Part shown: positions 62,819 to 64,000 of the stretch, one piece after another | Layout of the letters: each line of letters opens with the position of its first letter | How positions within the stretch are numbered: the first letter of the stretch is position 1 | Origin: Asterias rubens | Taxonomy: Eukaryota | NCBI RefSeq assembly: GCF_902459465.1 | Contig: NC_047071.1 | Location: forward strand, 8,556,001 to 8,620,000 | Length of the DNA: 64,000 nucleotides | Direction: 5' to 3' | Position numbers and translations under genes: made by a program | The notes under the pieces: model-generated | Database searches by the model: none | What the model saw: the letters and a program-made list of their open reading frames with translations, nothing else | Told to the model about the DNA's origin: nothing

Positions 62819-64000
62819 CTACAATGCTTCTGGAATGGTCAAATTACATTAATTGGCAAGGTCAGAATAAATACTTCCAGGCTAACACAGCTTAAAGAAG
62901 AACTCCAAGGTAAAAATTCAATTTTGGGTTTGAACAATTTGTATGGGGAATTATTGGTTTATCCTCATTGTCGCTAAGCAATCAAAACGGCGTTGAATTT
63001 GACATTTTGACAAATTTGACAAAACTGGAAGGGTGTTGAATACAAATTTGAATTTGACCTTTGAGTTCCTATTTAAACTGTAAGGTTGGTCCATAAATCC
63101 AAACTATCACAACTATCACATCTCTTATGATTTTGATACGTATTTGCAAACATTTTGTGCAAGAACTTTCACTGCACCACCCGAGTTTCTGAAAACCAAT
63201 TTTTCAAGATTCTTGCAGTAAACAACTGGAATCGCAGTTCAATTTTTAACAGATAGCTTAATATTTATGCACAATTTTTTACCCTTTTGGTAATGTTTGT
63301 ATAAAAGTACAAGCTCCCATTGGGAACAATAATCAGCTCTCGAATATTTTTTTGTAAGGATAAAATGGACACAATAGCTTTTCAAGGCTTTTATCTGGCT
63401 CAATGCTCATACTAATTAAATGCGAAGGCGTTAGTTTTCGACAATATCATCAATCATTAATGATGAATAAATACAGTTTCCTTTGTGCTTACTAATTAGT
63501 ATGAGCTAAATTATTTCATCGAAGCTAATGACGATGAAATAATTTAGCTCATACCAATTAGTAAACACAAAGGAAACTGTATTTATTCATCATTAATATT
63601 GATATTGTCGAAAACTAACGCCTTCGCATTTAATTAGTTTGAGCATTGAGTCAGATTAAAGCCTTGAAAAGCTATTGTGTCTTTTATCCTTCCAAAAAAA
63701 TATTCGAGAGCCGATTATTGTTCCCAATGGGAGCTTGTACTTTTATACAAACATTACCGAAGGGTTAAAAATTGTGCATAAATATTAAGCTATCTTTTAA
63801 AAATTGAACTACGATTCCAGTTATTTACTGCAAGAATCTTGAAAAATTGGTTTTCAGAAACTCGGGCGGTGCAGGGACTAGAGGGTTAACTACAATGCTT
63901 CTGGAATGGTCAAATTACATTAATTGGCAAGGTCAGAATAAATACTTCCAGGCTAACACAGCTTAAAGAAGAACTCCAAGGTAAAATTCAATTTTGGGTT

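Larger units (their letters stand above)
61741..64000. repeat. Tandem array of ~1.07-kb units (starts 61741, 62815, 63886), running off the window end
   Basis: ttaactacaatgcttctggaatgg recurs at intervals of 1074 and 1071 bp with near-identical content. Confidence 0.93.

Overview
Eukaryotic, AT-rich, repeat-dense genomic DNA. The repeat families and receptor type suggest an echinoderm, probably a sea star (inference, no database search). The only supportable protein-coding content is a cluster of eight paralogous, intronless class A (rhodopsin-like) GPCR genes, six on the minus strand and two on the plus strand. All eight share an atypical N-R-x motif in place of DRY, NPxxY in TM7, and a near-invariant ICL1-TM2 block. 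The cluster shows recent segmental duplication (blocks X-Y-X'-Y' across about 31.7-49.3 kb) and mosaic exchange between paralogs. A long third intracellular loop (about 86 extra aa) is shared almost unchanged by genes 6 and 8, which otherwise belong to different sub-lineages. The last 16 codons plus a triple stop of gene 8 are tandemly amplified about 14 times, and the other seven genes carry related low-complexity or tandem-repeat tracts on their 3' side. Intergenic DNA is dominated by non-autonomous DNA transposons (MITEs): TTAA-flanked Kolobok-like families (one retaining a THAP-domain stub), nested elements with 9-bp target-site duplications, a Harbinger-like element whose empty site survives in the duplicated block, and a piggyBac-like 700-bp foldback inside a ~1.07-kb tandem array. 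tRNA-derived SINEs and several minisatellites are also present, including a 30-bp G-quadruplex-motif array. No rRNA, bona fide tRNA gene, CRISPR array or autonomous transposase was found.
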